The translations under genes were made by a program, and so were the position numbers. The notes under the pieces are model-generated. The model did not search any database and was not told the origin of the DNA. It saw nothing but the letters and a program-made list of their open reading frames with translations. DNA of 50,333 bases, the filler included, from Jimgerdemannia flammicorona (taxonomy: Eukaryota), in the NCBI GenBank assembly GCA_003990765.1. It is 2 parts of 2 records of this genome, joined end to end, with 100 filler letters (N's around TTAATTAATTAA, not from the genome) between each part and the next. Parts side by side here need not be neighbours in the genome. Positions count along the whole stretch, not along the records: positions 1 to 25,121 come from RBNJ01000880.1; 1 more part is not named here. The stretch is one strand, 5' to 3'. Below, one piece after another: positions 1 through 12,147 of the stretch (within the stretch, counting starts at the first letter, position 1; each line of letters starts with the position of its first letter).

Positions 1-18
1 AAAAAAAAAAAAAAAAAG
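1..18 (+). repeat. poly(A) run, probably the 3' tail of a further LINE copy upstream of the window
   Basis: A18 at the window start directly abutting gypsy-derived sequence; every LINE 3' end in the window finishes in such a run. Confidence 0.45.
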
Positions 19-117
19 ATATTATCACTATTCTGTATCATCTCAATAATTTGACTATCAAAACACTAGACTTTGTCAAGTTAAGGACAACATCTATGAT
101 CCTAACAAAAGGAAGCC

Positions 118-480
118 AAATAGCAGTCATACATATATGACCTCTATATAGCTAAAGAAGTCACAGTTTCCAACCAAGAAGTCAAATAAGACTATATAGG
201 AATCAGTATTCAAATTCCTGAAGGACATATTGGAAAAATATACTGTTATAGCAGCCTAGCACTAAAAGGACTCTCAAAAGAAGGAGGAGGCATTGATGAA
301 GATAATATAGAAAAAATCATTATTCTCATCTAAAACTATAGCTAGACATTATTCAAGATTCCTATTAGTTACTATATTGCTTAGATCTTATTCAAGAAAA
401 TCAAATAAATCCTGACAGTTACAGAAGTTCCTGAACTTCTGCCTACTATCCAAGTTCCCAAGGATTTATTCATCAAACAA
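118..480 (+). pseudogene. dUTPase domain (trimeric family), degenerate, upstream of the retroelement protease
   Basis: One frame reads YDLYIAKEVTV...IGISIQIPEGHIGKIYCYSSLALKGLSKEGGGIDEDNIEKIIILI*N...FKIPISYYIA*ILF, matching decayed motifs 1 (GYDL), 2 (RSS/GLA), 3 (GVIDxDYxG) and 4 (GxRIAQ). caagttcccaaggatttattcatca at ~451-475 resembles a frameshifted motif 5 (RGSQGFGSS). Confidence 0.85.
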
Positions 481-784
481 GACTCTAGCCCAATCTACTG
501 CAAATAAGAAGGAATAATTCTATAAGAAAATCGAAGATAGATTTATACCCAGTGGACAATGCTCTCATAACATTGAGATGTACTCATTCTGAATAATAGA
601 TAATTGCTTCTCTTGTCTCAATGAACTGGTTCAAAGAAGAACCAATAGGAGAAAATCTCTTATAACCAAAATTACCACCATTGAATTGGTCAAACTGCTT
701 ACTCTCTAAGCTTTTGTTAATTAAACACCTATCAAAATTATGATAGACAGCTGTATCTCTAGCAATTTCAACAATGAGGAAATA

Positions 785-3700
785 GTCAACAGACTTAAAG
801 TCTTGACCTCTTCAGTACAACAAACATAAGCAGTTGCTATAGCTGATAGAATCTCACATATTATTAGTAAGGAAGTTTGTAACCTACTCTTTAGAATTAG
901 TAACTACTGAGTATATATTACTCTTCAATTTATATCACTTCCAGATAACAAGATCATCTTTGGAATATTATGGTTAAAACAAGAAACCATATGATCAATT
1001 AGGTAAACCATTTTATAACCATCAAGCAAATTCAAACTATAAGATGAAAAAGACCCACTCAGTTTTAGCAATCTAGGCCTAAAGATTACTTATATCAATA
1101 AACTACAACTTAAGAAACTAGCTAAGAAATGTCCTCTCCTTGCTATCTCTATATGATCATCCAAAGGAGAACCTGAGAACCTTAAAGAATACTTTTCCAA
1201 AGTTGACAGCTATGTTAAATCCATACTCCAGAAATTCCAAAACATATTCTCAAAGAAACCCCTGAAGAGCTTACTAACTAAACAAGCAGTGGACTATGTC
1301 ATCAAGACCATCCCAGATACCAAGCCCACCTTCAAGTTAATCTACTATATATCTTTTAGGGAAATCAATATACTTAAGAAAGATATTGATGAATTTCTAG
1401 AATAAGGATTCATTAGACTCAGTGTATCACCCTATGATGTACTAGTCCTCCTTATTTTAAGAAAGAAGGAGACTTATGAATATGTATAGATTTCTATAAT
1501 CTCAATGAGCAAACTATCAAGAACTATTATCCACTACTCGAAATTGATGAGATATTCAATAGACTTACCAATCTATAATTTATGAGCTCTTTTGACCTAC
1601 AAAATGGTTACTGATAAATTGCTATAAAAGAAGAAGACATTTACAAAACTACTTTCTGAACTCAATATGGATATTTCAAGTTCTCAGTTATGTCTTTTGG
1701 CTTAACTAATACTCCTATAACTTTCCAGATACTGATGAATATAATTCTATATCTGTACTTAGACAAATTTGTTGTCATCTATATTGATGGCACCCTGATC
1801 TATAGCAAAACCCTAGAGGAATACTTAAACATCTTGAACTAGTACTATTGGAGCTCTGAGAAAATTAACTCTTTGCAAAATTTAGCAAATATGAATTCCT
1901 TCTGAAGGAAATTTAATTCCTTGGATATATTGTCACTCTTAATAGAATCAAAGTAGACTCTAGCAAAATCTCTACAATTAAGAAATGGCCCAGACCCAAG
2001 AAGTTGAAAGACCTTCAGTCATTCCTGAGACTAGCAAACTATTACCAGTAATTTGTTGTAAACTTTACCAAAATCACTACTGCCCTTACTCAAATAACTA
2101 AGTACAGTAAAAAAAAAGAACAGTTTCAGACCACAAAGTAAGAAAAAGACTTTAACAACCTTGTAAATTGGGGACCTAAACAAGATATAGCTTTTCAAGT
2201 ACTGAAAGATATCTTAATAACTACTCCAGTACTTTAAGTGACATACTCTACCCTACTATATAAAGTTACTACTGATGTCTCTGATCTAGCTTTTGGAGCA
2301 GTACTTATGTAAAAAGGACATCCTGTGGCTTATCATTCCTGTAAGTTCAATAATATCAAAATCAACTATACATATAACCTATGAGAAGGATATATTAGCT
2401 ATCATAAACACTTTGATCAAATAGTGATCCTATCTTGAAGAAGTATACTCTATAGTATTATGGACCACAAATCATTAGTCAACATCAAGATCCAGGCTAT
2501 GCTTTCTTAAAAGTAAGCCAGATGGATGAAAGTCCTCACCAATTTTAACTATGAAATTCAGTATCACTCTAATAAGGAGAATATTATTACTAATGCAATT
2601 TTCAGACCTCCAAATGAAGAAGTTATACAAACTCTCACCTTAGTTACCAACTTTATCATAGAATAGATTATTATAGCATATGCTGATATTGAAGAAGTTC
2701 AAGCACTCTTAGAAATCCTGAACAGTAATAATATTGACAAATACTCCCAATATCACTAATACTAACTAAAGGACAATACTATCTATTATAAGGATAGATT
2801 ATATGTATATTCCTAACAATTGAGACCTCTGAAGGACTATCTTATTTGAATATCATAATGCTCCTATAGCCAGATATTTAGGATTTAACAAATGTTACAA
2901 AGTTTTGTATTTTTTAAAACTTCTATTGACTCTATATAGCAGATTAGCTAAAAACCTATATTACTTCTTGTAATGCCTACTAATGTAATAAGTTCTCAAT
3001 ACCTGCAAAACCTGGCCTACTTCACTCTATTTCAGTACCATCTACCAATTGGAAATAAATCTTTATTGACTTCATTATACAACTATCCCAAATCAAGAAT
3101 AGAAAAGATACAATTATTGTCTTCATAGACTATCTTAGCAAACAACCCCACTTTTTATCTACTGCTAAACTGCAATAGTATCTGAAACTGCTATACTCTT
3201 AATTGATAACATCTTCTACTATTATGGTCTTCTAAAGATCATTATTATTAACTGAGATCTGAAATTGCCCAGCTACTTTTAGAAAGCTCTACATATATAC
3301 CTTAGAATGAAACTCATACTATCCTCAGCCTTTCACCCTAGAATAAATACTAAGAAACTATATTTCCGATAGATAAGATGATTGGCATAAACATCTTACT
3401 ACAGTTGAGTTTGCCTACAATAATGGTAAAGAAGCCTCTCTTAGAATAATCTCATTTTTCAACAATATAGAACAAAACCTAAATACCTCTCTGATACTTA
3501 TCAAAACTACTAATGAACTCTCCACTATCAAAGCTATTGAAGAATTCCTGCTCTAAATACACAACTTAAGCCAAATTATATTTGAGAATTTATCTTGAAC
3601 TTAGAACAACAATTATAGTATATTAATAAGTACTATAAAGAAGAAACTTTTGATATTGAAGAATAAGTTCTACTAGATATCTGAGGATACCAAGTTGACA

Positions 3701-3816
3701 ACCACAAGTATAAACTCTCTATAAAGCTAAATAGCAAATTTATCAGACTATTTGAAGTCATTAAACAAGTCTTACTTTCTACAAATTGGTAATATCAGAT
3801 ATCATTAAGATTCACC
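785..3816 (+). pseudogene. pol: Ty3/gypsy pol remnant: aspartic protease, reverse transcriptase, RNase H, integrase
   Basis: Protease IMIDSCISSNF (~797-829) ...IIFGILWLK; RT FVVIYIDGTLIYSKTLEE (YIDD-like, ~1780-1791); RNase H VTTDVSDLAFGAVLM*KGHPVAYHS (~2265); integrase EYHNAPIARYLG (~2850) and FIDFIIQL...IIVFIDYLSKQPHF (~3060-3155). Many stops and frameshifts. Confidence 0.9.
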
Positions 3817-4553
3817 TTTCTCTAGTAACATTCAGATTATACAAACTCCTGGCAATATTCAAGACATCTTTTTTGGAGAATAGGCACCAGTAATATGGTA
3901 ATGAAAAGCATTCCAAGATGTATGCTGAGCAGAGTAACTATAGTGTATTTAACTGACAGAATGTGGGGAGAAATTATAGCTTGAGTGGAAGTATGTGAGA
4001 CTTGCTGGCTGGAGGATGTGGAAGAGGAGAAGGTAGTATAGAGAGAAAGGAGATAGAGAGAATGAGCTTTGCAAGGAGTGATATCTGTCAACTGGATTAG
4101 AGGACTGGCTGAGGAAGTGCAAGGAGATGATAAGGGCTGAAGGGTTAGATGGAGTTATCCTTGGTAGTGAGGGCAATAGAGCTAGAGAAGTAGTGGCTGA
4201 GGGGAGGTAAGGAAACTACCAGTCTGGAAAAAAATACATATGTGACAGCTGATGGTGGATCTGGATAGGGGGTGGGCACAAGGTCCAGGAATCTGGAAAA
4301 TAGTATAACAGGTCTGATGGCAGCACTGTTACTTAAGAAATCAAGGTCAGAATTCACTATCATATTGTATTTCTGGGGCTTGACAGTAACTGTGAGGGAT
4401 TCTGGGACTACTGGTCTAAAAGATGAAAGAAGTAGTCTTGGTGAAGTATTTCAAGGATCAGAAAGGCATAAAGATGGGCTTTGAGAAGTAGGAGGTGCTG
4501 CTGGAAGTAATAGAGAAGAGAGTGTCTCCAAGGCTATGTACTTGTACTGAGAC

Positions 4554-4974
4554 TAGTACTCCCAACAAATCAAATTGGACCCAAATTCAATTCAATTCAA
4601 AAACTTTGAATCAAATTGAGACCCAATTTGATTTGATTCAAATTGGATCCAGGTCCAATTTGATTCAAATTTCAATTTGAACCTAAATTTTTAAAATTCC
4701 TTAACTTGACAGAAAAATGTTTAAATTTAATAATCTTTATTATACTAGATTTGCCTTATTAAGACAAATCCAACAAGTCAAAATTTATCAAATTTGGATA
4801 TGTTTTCACCAAGTTAATACAATTCAAATGTTGACTTTCAATTTTGAATAGAATCAGACCTCAATTTGATTCAAACAATTCGAATTGGATCCCAATTTAA
4901 ATTGAAAAATCCCCAATTTGAATCACCCTCTATTCCATTTAATTTGAATTGATTCAATTCATTTGGGAGTACTA
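4554..4974. mobile_element. Non-autonomous hAT-superfamily DNA transposon (MITE), 421 bp
   Basis: Perfect 12-bp terminal inverted repeat (TIR) tagtactcccaa (4554-4565) / ttgggagtacta (4963-4974); 8-bp TSD actgagac (4546-4553) / actgggac (4975-4982); subterminal ATTCAA/TTGAAT arrays; removing it restores the ORF1 HWD(P) motif of copy A. Confidence 0.9.
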
Positions 4975-5467
4975 ACTGGGACCACTGAGTGATGCAGTTG
5001 ATGGTGTTGAATATTTCTATAGTATTAAAGAAGATGGCTAGGGGGTTGATTGTAGAGGTCATTAAGGAGTATGGGGATATTGTAGATGTTGGGTTTCAGG
5101 TCTAGAAAGGCATGGAGTTCAGAATGAAAAACATAGATATAAGAGTACAGCTGGAAGGCAAAAAGATTATAGAGTAAACAAGAGACCAGCTGGCAGTTCT
5201 TAAGTGGGGACCAGTAGAGTGCAAGGTCTCAAGAGTGAAAGGGATACTGAAGGAAGAGGAGAACTTACTAGTGGTGTTGGAGGATCTGGTGAGGGCTGTT
5301 GAGAGGAGGAGATAAGTCTCAAAGAAGTTTGAGGTGAAGATAGTAGTAGATATCATAAATGGTATAAAGGTGCAACTGGATCCAATATCTTTCTCCAGTA
5401 CCATTCAGGTTACACAACCTTTGGAAGGTACTCATGACATCGTTTTTGGAGCAAAGAGACTAACAAC

Positions 5468-7490
5468 ATGACAACTGATAGGCGAGCTGAGGTACATACT
5501 GGGCAGGGTGGCCCAAGCACTTTCGAATGGCAGCAAGTTGGGAGGGGCCAGGCCTGGGGGAGAGCATGAGGGGGCTGCTGGTAGGTGGACAAGAAAGGGG
5601 TAGAGATACTGGTGGGGGTCAGGAGTCTGGGAGAGCAAGCTTTGTGGAGATGGTGAAGGGGAGGCAGCAGACATCAGGGCTGGAGGGCTGGCTGAGGAAG
5701 GGCAAGGAGAATGAGAAGGCAGTGGTGCAGGGGGGAGTGGCCCTTGGAAGGGGGGGCAGTGAAGCTGGGGGAGTAGCAGCTGGGGGGAGTGTGACTGCTG
5801 ATGGCAATGGGACTGCTAATCTGGAAAAAAATCCAGATATGACAGCAGTTAGTGAGGCTGAGCAGCTGGGGCTTGGAAGACAAAGAGATTTGGTGGATGG
5901 CATAATGGGACTGGCAGTGGCCCCATTACTCAAGAAATCGATCTCGGCATTCGTGGTTATACTGTGCTTCCAGGGCTTAGTGGTGATGGTGAAAATGGTA
6001 CTGGGGCTTATTGCTAAGCAGGTGGCAGGAGCTGCTTCGGTGAGTTTCTGAAGGAACTGGAGGGTGTGGAGGTGGGTTTTGAGGAGGCTGAACTGCTGGA
6101 GGAGGTACTGAAGGTTGGGTTGGTGGTTGGGGAGGTGTGTGTTCCAATGGTGAGGTGTTTGAAATGGGATCCAAGGGTGGTCCAACTGCTGGTGAAAGGA
6201 GTGCCCACAGTGATGGCAATGGAGATGAGAAAGAGAGTGGAGGATGTTATGGTGGAGTATGGCAAGGTGGTGGATATCAGATTCAGGGTCTGGGAAGGGA
6301 CCATACTCAGGACTGGGGATGTGGATGTGAGGATTTGGCTGGCTGAAAAGGAGGCTACTGGGAAGGTGAGGGACTGGCCTTCGGTGATGGTTTGGGGAGT
6401 GATCTTGTATAAGGTGACAAGGGTGAAGGGAAGTGAAGAAGAGGAAGAAGATTTATTGGAAGTGCTAGAAGAACTGGATGGGGCTGTGGAGTGGCAAGCA
6501 AGGGCCTGGAAGACTTTTGAGGAGTTGATGCACCTGAAGGTGGTGGATGGAAAGAGGATTCAAGTAGACAAGATGCAGTGGGAAAGGGCTCAGGGGTGGA
6601 GGAGACAGAAGGACCTGCTGGCTAGACTGGGGGGAGGACCACAGAAGGATGCAAGCAAGAAGACAAGTGTGGAAGGGGCTGAAGCGAGTGTCTGGGCTGG
6701 CGAGAGGGGTGGGAATGAGGGGGTGGAGGCAGGGAAGGCAAACCAGGTGAAGATTAGCGACCCATATGCTGATGGCACCTTGGAGGTTTGGGATGAGGTC
6801 TGGGAGAACTCCCCCACTCCTTCCCCTCTTATCAGGCATGGCCTGGCTTCCAGAAACAAGACTGGGGAGGACATGACAATGCTGGGGACCTAGCAGGTGA
6901 AATTCAGCATTCCAGAGGTAATGGATGGGGATCAAGTAGTGGCAGTCAGGGAGGAGGAACTGGTGGATATCCCAGAGGTGTGGGATGAGGATGCGAGTGC
7001 TGGAGCTGACACCATGATGCTGGACAGAGGGAGGCCAGTGACCCCTGGTGGGAAGGAGGTGGGGAACCTCCTTTGGATGTGCTGGATGATGAATAACCTG
7101 GCAGCAGAAGAGTTGGGGGAGGTGGACTTGCATGTGATGGGTGACAAGCACTTGGTGAGAATTTTGCAGGGGGAAGGAGTGGTGATGGCACTGAAGGCAG
7201 AAATTCTTGCAGTGTATCTGGAGGAGGAAGAGTATGAGGTGAACAAGGAGTGGGAGGCAGAGATGGCAGTTATCACTGGGGAGAGGGCTGAGTACTGTTG
7301 GAACAAGCATCATGGGTTGCAGCTCTGGCAGGAGGCTTGCATCAAGTACAGAGAGGAGTTTGAGGAGAAGGCCGATGAGGAGATGAATGAGCTGTTGGCT
7401 GGATTGGAGGCTCAGAGGACTGAGGAGAAGGAGGTGAGGGCAGAACATAATCTGGATATGGCACAGGAGGAGATGAGTATGGAGCAGTAG
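5468..7490 (+). pseudogene. LINE ORF1 (copy B), disrupted by frameshifts and stops
   Basis: ORF fragments 5527-6051, 6066-6893 and 6897-7490 are collinear with ORF1 of copies C, E and G (LLKKS...WDPRVVQLLV...GDVDVRI...EHNLDMAQEE). Confidence 0.85.
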
Positions 7491-7520
7491 AGATCGACTG
7501 AGAACAAACAGTATTTCATT

Positions 7521-10500
7521 ATGAACAGTATAACTAACATTTTTTCTTTGAATGTGAATGGGCTACGGGGTGCAGTTAGACATAGGAACATTTTTATTTA
7601 GCTGAAGGGATTGGAGGCCAATCTCTTCCTCTTGCAGGATGTCAGGTGTGAGGATGATTCTGATAGGATGGAATGGACAAAGGAATGGGGTGGCATGGCG
7701 ATTTGGAACAGCAAGGTCAGGATTCTGGTTCGAAAAGGCAGAGGGGAGATAAGAGATGTGAGGAGCTGAGGGGAGAGACTGGTCTGGAGTAAGTGGATTT
7801 GTGCAGGTTGGGAGCCAGTCACAGTTGGCTTCTGTTACTGTTCTGCCATGCAGGGGGAGCATGTGGATTGGGTGAGAGGGCTCCAGGAGAGTAGGATCCT
7901 TGCTGAGGCTGGGGTGGATATACTTAGAGGAGATTTCAATATGGTTCGGGATATATGGTTGGATAGGACTGATGGAGGATGGAGTGCTGAGAGCAGGAGT
8001 AGGGGGCTGGCAATGTGGGAGGACATCAAAAGGCTAGGAGCACTGGTGGATGCTGGTAGGGAGTACTGGGGGGACAGGAGGGTATATATGCATTGGGCTG
8101 GTGGTCTGGAGACAAGGATTGATAGGATTCTGATGGCCAACTGTTGGGGCCATGATGTTTGGAAGGTGCTAGAGGTGAAATGGTGTCCATGGTCAGATCA
8201 CTGAGGCCTTTTAGGACAGGGGTGTTTTGGGGGAAGTGGTGATGGGCCTGGACATTGGTGACTAAATTCCTCCTTATTGAATGATGAGTCCTGGTGAGAG
8301 GAGTGGGCAAAAGACATTCAGCTGAAGGTGGAGAACTGGTGGCAGGAAGGGGCCTCAATTGGGGTTCAGTGGGTGAGGATGAAAGAGATGGCCAGAATGT
8401 ACTGGAGTGAGGCTGGCAGAGAGGCAGAGAAACAGTGAAGGCGGAGAGTGCACTGGGCTTCCACTAGATTGGCTAGGCTCCTGGAGGAGTGGGCGAGACT
8501 GACAATAGTGGAGGGAGAAGAGGATTGGAGAATAATGAGGGTGAAGATGGAGGTTGGGGAATTACAACAGGTGCTGCGGGAAGAGGAAGAGTCAAGGATG
8601 CAAGGCCTGGTGGCTCGGCTTCATTGGCAGGGGCTGGAGGAAGGGGAGAGACCTTCCAAGTTTCTCATGAGGGCACTTCGAGCGAGAAGGGTACAGCAGT
8701 GGTGGGAAGGGGTACTTGATCCGGATGGTGTACTAGTGCATGGTGTACAGGATATCCTTAGAATACTGAAGGAGTGATGGAGTGGACTGTGGAGTGAGGA
8801 GGAGGGTGGGGCAGATGCTTCAGCCATTGACTGAACATTAGAGGATTGGCACCCACCATAAGCCGAGGGACTAGGGGACCTGGTGATGCCTATAAAGGAG
8901 GATGAGATCTGCCAGGTTCTTGCCACAATAGCCTTAGGTATGGTGCCTGGGGAGGATGGCCTACCCTGGGACTTCTGGAAGTGAATGGTTGGAGTCCTGG
9001 GCATATTGGGGAAGTTGACAGCACTGTGTGACTTTATACTGCAGTTTGAGAGATGGGTGGTAGAGCAGGATCTTGGGCTGGTGATGCTGCTTTATAAGAA
9101 CAAAGGAAGGCAAGAGGATTGGAAGAACTGGTGGCTGATAATGTTGCTAGATATGGACAGAAAGTTGGTGACTAAGGTGGTGGTTGCAAGGCTACAGAAA
9201 GTAGCCCAGCAAATTGTGGGTGTTGAGCAGAGGGGCTTTGTAGGGGGTCAGCTTATTAGAGATGACACAGCCTGGGTACATGGAGTTATTGAAGGTGCTA
9301 AAGCCTGTGGACTGGATGGGCATCTTGTCTTCTTGGACCAGGAGAAGGCTTATGACTGAGTGTGGTGAGTCTGGCTGGCTAAAGTATTAGATAGAATTGG
9401 GGTTCTAGTCCCATTTCGGTTGGCAATAGTCAGCCTACTGGAAGGGAGTAGGGCTATGCTTATGTATAATGGGCATAGAGGGGTAGCATTCCCTCTGGGT
9501 AGGGGGGTGCCCCAGGGGGACCCACTGTCCCCCATTTTGTATACTCTTTCCTTAGAACCCCTAATGGACTGAATTCAGTAGAGGATAGTGGGGCTCTCTA
9601 TCTATGGAGTAGGCTGGAAAGTTGGAGCCTTTGCAGATGACATGGTGGTTGGTTTGGGAGTGATTGCTGATGTCAAGGAGCTCAAGAAGACAGTGGAGTG
9701 GTATGAGGAGAACTCTGGGGCAAAGCTGAATTGGCACAAGTGTGAAACAATGGTGCTGGGTAATGGCCTGGTGGGAGGAGAGGTTATTGGAACAATTGTC
9801 CCCACTGGAGAGGTGGTGTGGTACTTGGGCATCTATTTGTCAGTCTATGGATCTGTTCTGTCCAGGCTGTGGTGGGAGCAGAGGGTTGGAATTTGGGAGG
9901 AGGACCTACAGGGTTGGGGGGGAAGACACTTCTCTCTGGCAGGAAGGATCTCGATTTTGAATGTATACTGGCTGCCGAAGCTGTGGTATTTGGCTTATCA
10001 TCTGGACTTCCAAGCCTGGGTGGTGAAGAGATTGGTGAAAGTGGCCAAGGGATGGATTTGGGCTGGCAAACAGAGTTAGATCATTTGGGAGACCTCGTCC
10101 CTACCAGTGGTAAGAGGTGGTCTGGAGCTGGTGGACTTCCCCAAACAACTACACTGCTTGAGGGTATGGTGGCTTAAGAGGGCGGTGGAGTTGCATGGAG
10201 GGGATTGGGTTCCCCTGCTGCAGAAGGTCTGAGAGAGGGGATCATCACCAAGAGTCTCAACTGGTGATCTTCTTTCATTAGTTGGGCTTCAGAATACTGC
10301 ACAATTGTGATATAAAGGCTTCTGGTGGGGGATAGCAGAGGGGGCACACCGCATTGGTATTCGCTAGCAAGGAAATGAGGGAGAGAGGGTTTGGGACCCA
10401 GCAATGTGGAGATGGGATGGCATTCTACTGGGTGGTATACCTTTAACTGAGTTCGACATTGGTGATGGAGTAGAATATCAAAGGGGACTGGGCCAGGATC

Positions 10501-11177
10501 TGTGGCCTAGTGGTTGGCAAGGAGTTGAAATTGGAGAGGAGTGGGACTGGCATGAGGTTTGGACCTGGAGTGCTGCAGTGAAAAAATGGATGCCATCGAA
10601 GTACTAGGTGGTCTGGTGGTGCATGCTGAGGAGGAATGTGATGCTTAACTTCCACTCTGGACACCTTGTCATAGGGGGCAGCTTTGACTGCGAGGAGTGC
10701 CATAATGTAGGGCAGGAAGGGAGATTTGTAGAGATGCCAGAATATTGGCTAGGAGAGTATGAGGTGTTGGGAGACTTTTGGCAGGCCGTTGGGGACTACT
10801 TGGGGGTGAGGCATAGGGGAGATGATGTATGGGGGAGGTGGGAGGACCTGAGGGATCAATTCATAGGAGGGGTAGAGGTGGAGTAGATTACCTTAGGCTG
10901 GACATTGGCTATTTGAGTTGGGCTGGCCAGTCACTGGCTATTTGTATATGAGGAGGAGAGGCGACAGAGCTTGGAGAGCCAGTTATCACAGTGGCAGTGC
11001 CTTATGGAGGACACCTTGACAGGCTGGTGGCTTGGTTGGGGGCTGCAGGGGGGTCGGAGGCACTGCTTGATGGTAAAAATCTGTGGTCAGAGTGGTGAGA
11101 GAGTTGGAGTCATTGGTGAGAGGGTGGTCTTCATACATGAAGAGGTGGGGAGGGGCCCCCCTATGGGGATCAGATAG
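7521..11177 (+). pseudogene. LINE ORF2 (copy B): APE endonuclease, reverse transcriptase, C-terminal CCHC finger
   Basis: MNSITNIFSLNVNG, GDFN, RID, SDH, GPGHW*LNSSLL, PGEDG, DQEKAYD, GVPQGDPLSP, FADD, YLGI, CEECHNVG...; many TGG->TAG/TGA and CGA->TGA stops. Confidence 0.92.
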
Positions 11178-11267
11178 TGGGTGGTGATATTGTATACTTA
11201 TTCATAGATTGGTAATAAATACAGAGTCCAAGTGACTATAAAAAAAAAAAAAAAAAAGAAAAAAAGG

Positions 11268-11299
<32 letters not shown>

Positions 11300-12147
11300 T
11301 ACAGCTGGATCAGAAAGCCTGGGAGAGGGCACAGAAGAGGCATATTCAGAAGGAGCTATTGGCAAAGTTGGGTGGGGGGGTAGAGGAGAGGATCACTACT
11401 GAAGATGTTAGGTTAAGAGCAAGTGCTTGAGTAGGAGAGAAGAAAGAAGCACTCAAGAAGACTCTGGGGGAGATTGGAGGTATGGGACAGAGTGTCATCA
11501 TAGAAGATGATTAGATGGATAAGGAGGAGTACACTCAGTATAGGGTACCAGCAGGGGCTAGAGGAGATGATAAATTACAGAATATGTTAGAGAAAGATTG
11601 AGATGAGTTAACTAGGATAAATGCAGAGAAAGAGTAGGTGGAAGGGGGGAAAGGGTGGCCTAGAGAGTGGAGAAGACTATTGATGAGGAGAAATAGCTGT
11701 GGAAAATGCTGATAAATATAGTGGCTAATTGGCTGGTAGGGAGAACTTTTGGGTACTGAGTGAGAGATTCTGGGGTGAAATTCTGTAAGGTGAAAAGGTG
11801 CCAAGGTAACTCAGAGATGAGATAATAGCAGCCTTGCTGGAGGCTGAGGCATATCAAGTGGATGATATAAGAGGGGCTATACTACTGTTAATTGCAAACA
11901 ACAGGGCTGCATATCTGTAGGGCCCAAGGAAGGAATTGGTAAAATAGCAGATAGTATGCAAGAAGTACTTGATAGATATGGAAGCAGTGGATGGTACTGA
12001 TTGTAAGGATATCTTGGAGGTATTGGAGGTTCAGAAGAGAGAGGCAGATGACCTGAAGTCAGAGAGGAACCTAGATTTTGCAGAGGATGCAGTGAGTATG
12101 AAATTATAAAGTAGATAGCTGTCCTCCATCGAAATACATTATTCAAT

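Larger units (their letters stand above)
19..3816 (+). mobile_element. Degenerate chromoviral Ty3/gypsy LTR retrotransposon, 5' part (dUTPase-PR-RT-RH-IN), interrupted by LINE copy A
   Basis: Manual translation through stops gives gypsy domain order: protease, RT, RNase H, integrase. The reading ends at ...YKLVISDIIKIH and resumes after the poly(A) at 15884 with (I)YPIFNIQHLK. Confidence 0.9.
5383..11297 (+). mobile_element. LINE copy B (subfamily 1), full length, inserted into ORF1 of copy A
   Basis: 5' end atctttctccagtaccattcagg; AATAAA 11214-11219; poly(A) 11240-11297; TSD gtgcaactggatc (5370-5382) / gtacagctggatc (11299-11311). Confidence 0.93.

Noticed and set aside
4561..4965. Short ATTCAA/TTGAAT repeats as a CRISPR array or satellite
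   Set aside because: No constant repeat with unique spacers; bounded by TIRs and an 8-bp TSD, so explained as MITE subterminal repeats.
6891..6893. Programmed stop-codon readthrough in ORF1 (TAG at the same codon in copies B and G)
   Set aside because: Copies C and E have CAG here, so it is a recurrent CpA->TpA mutation.
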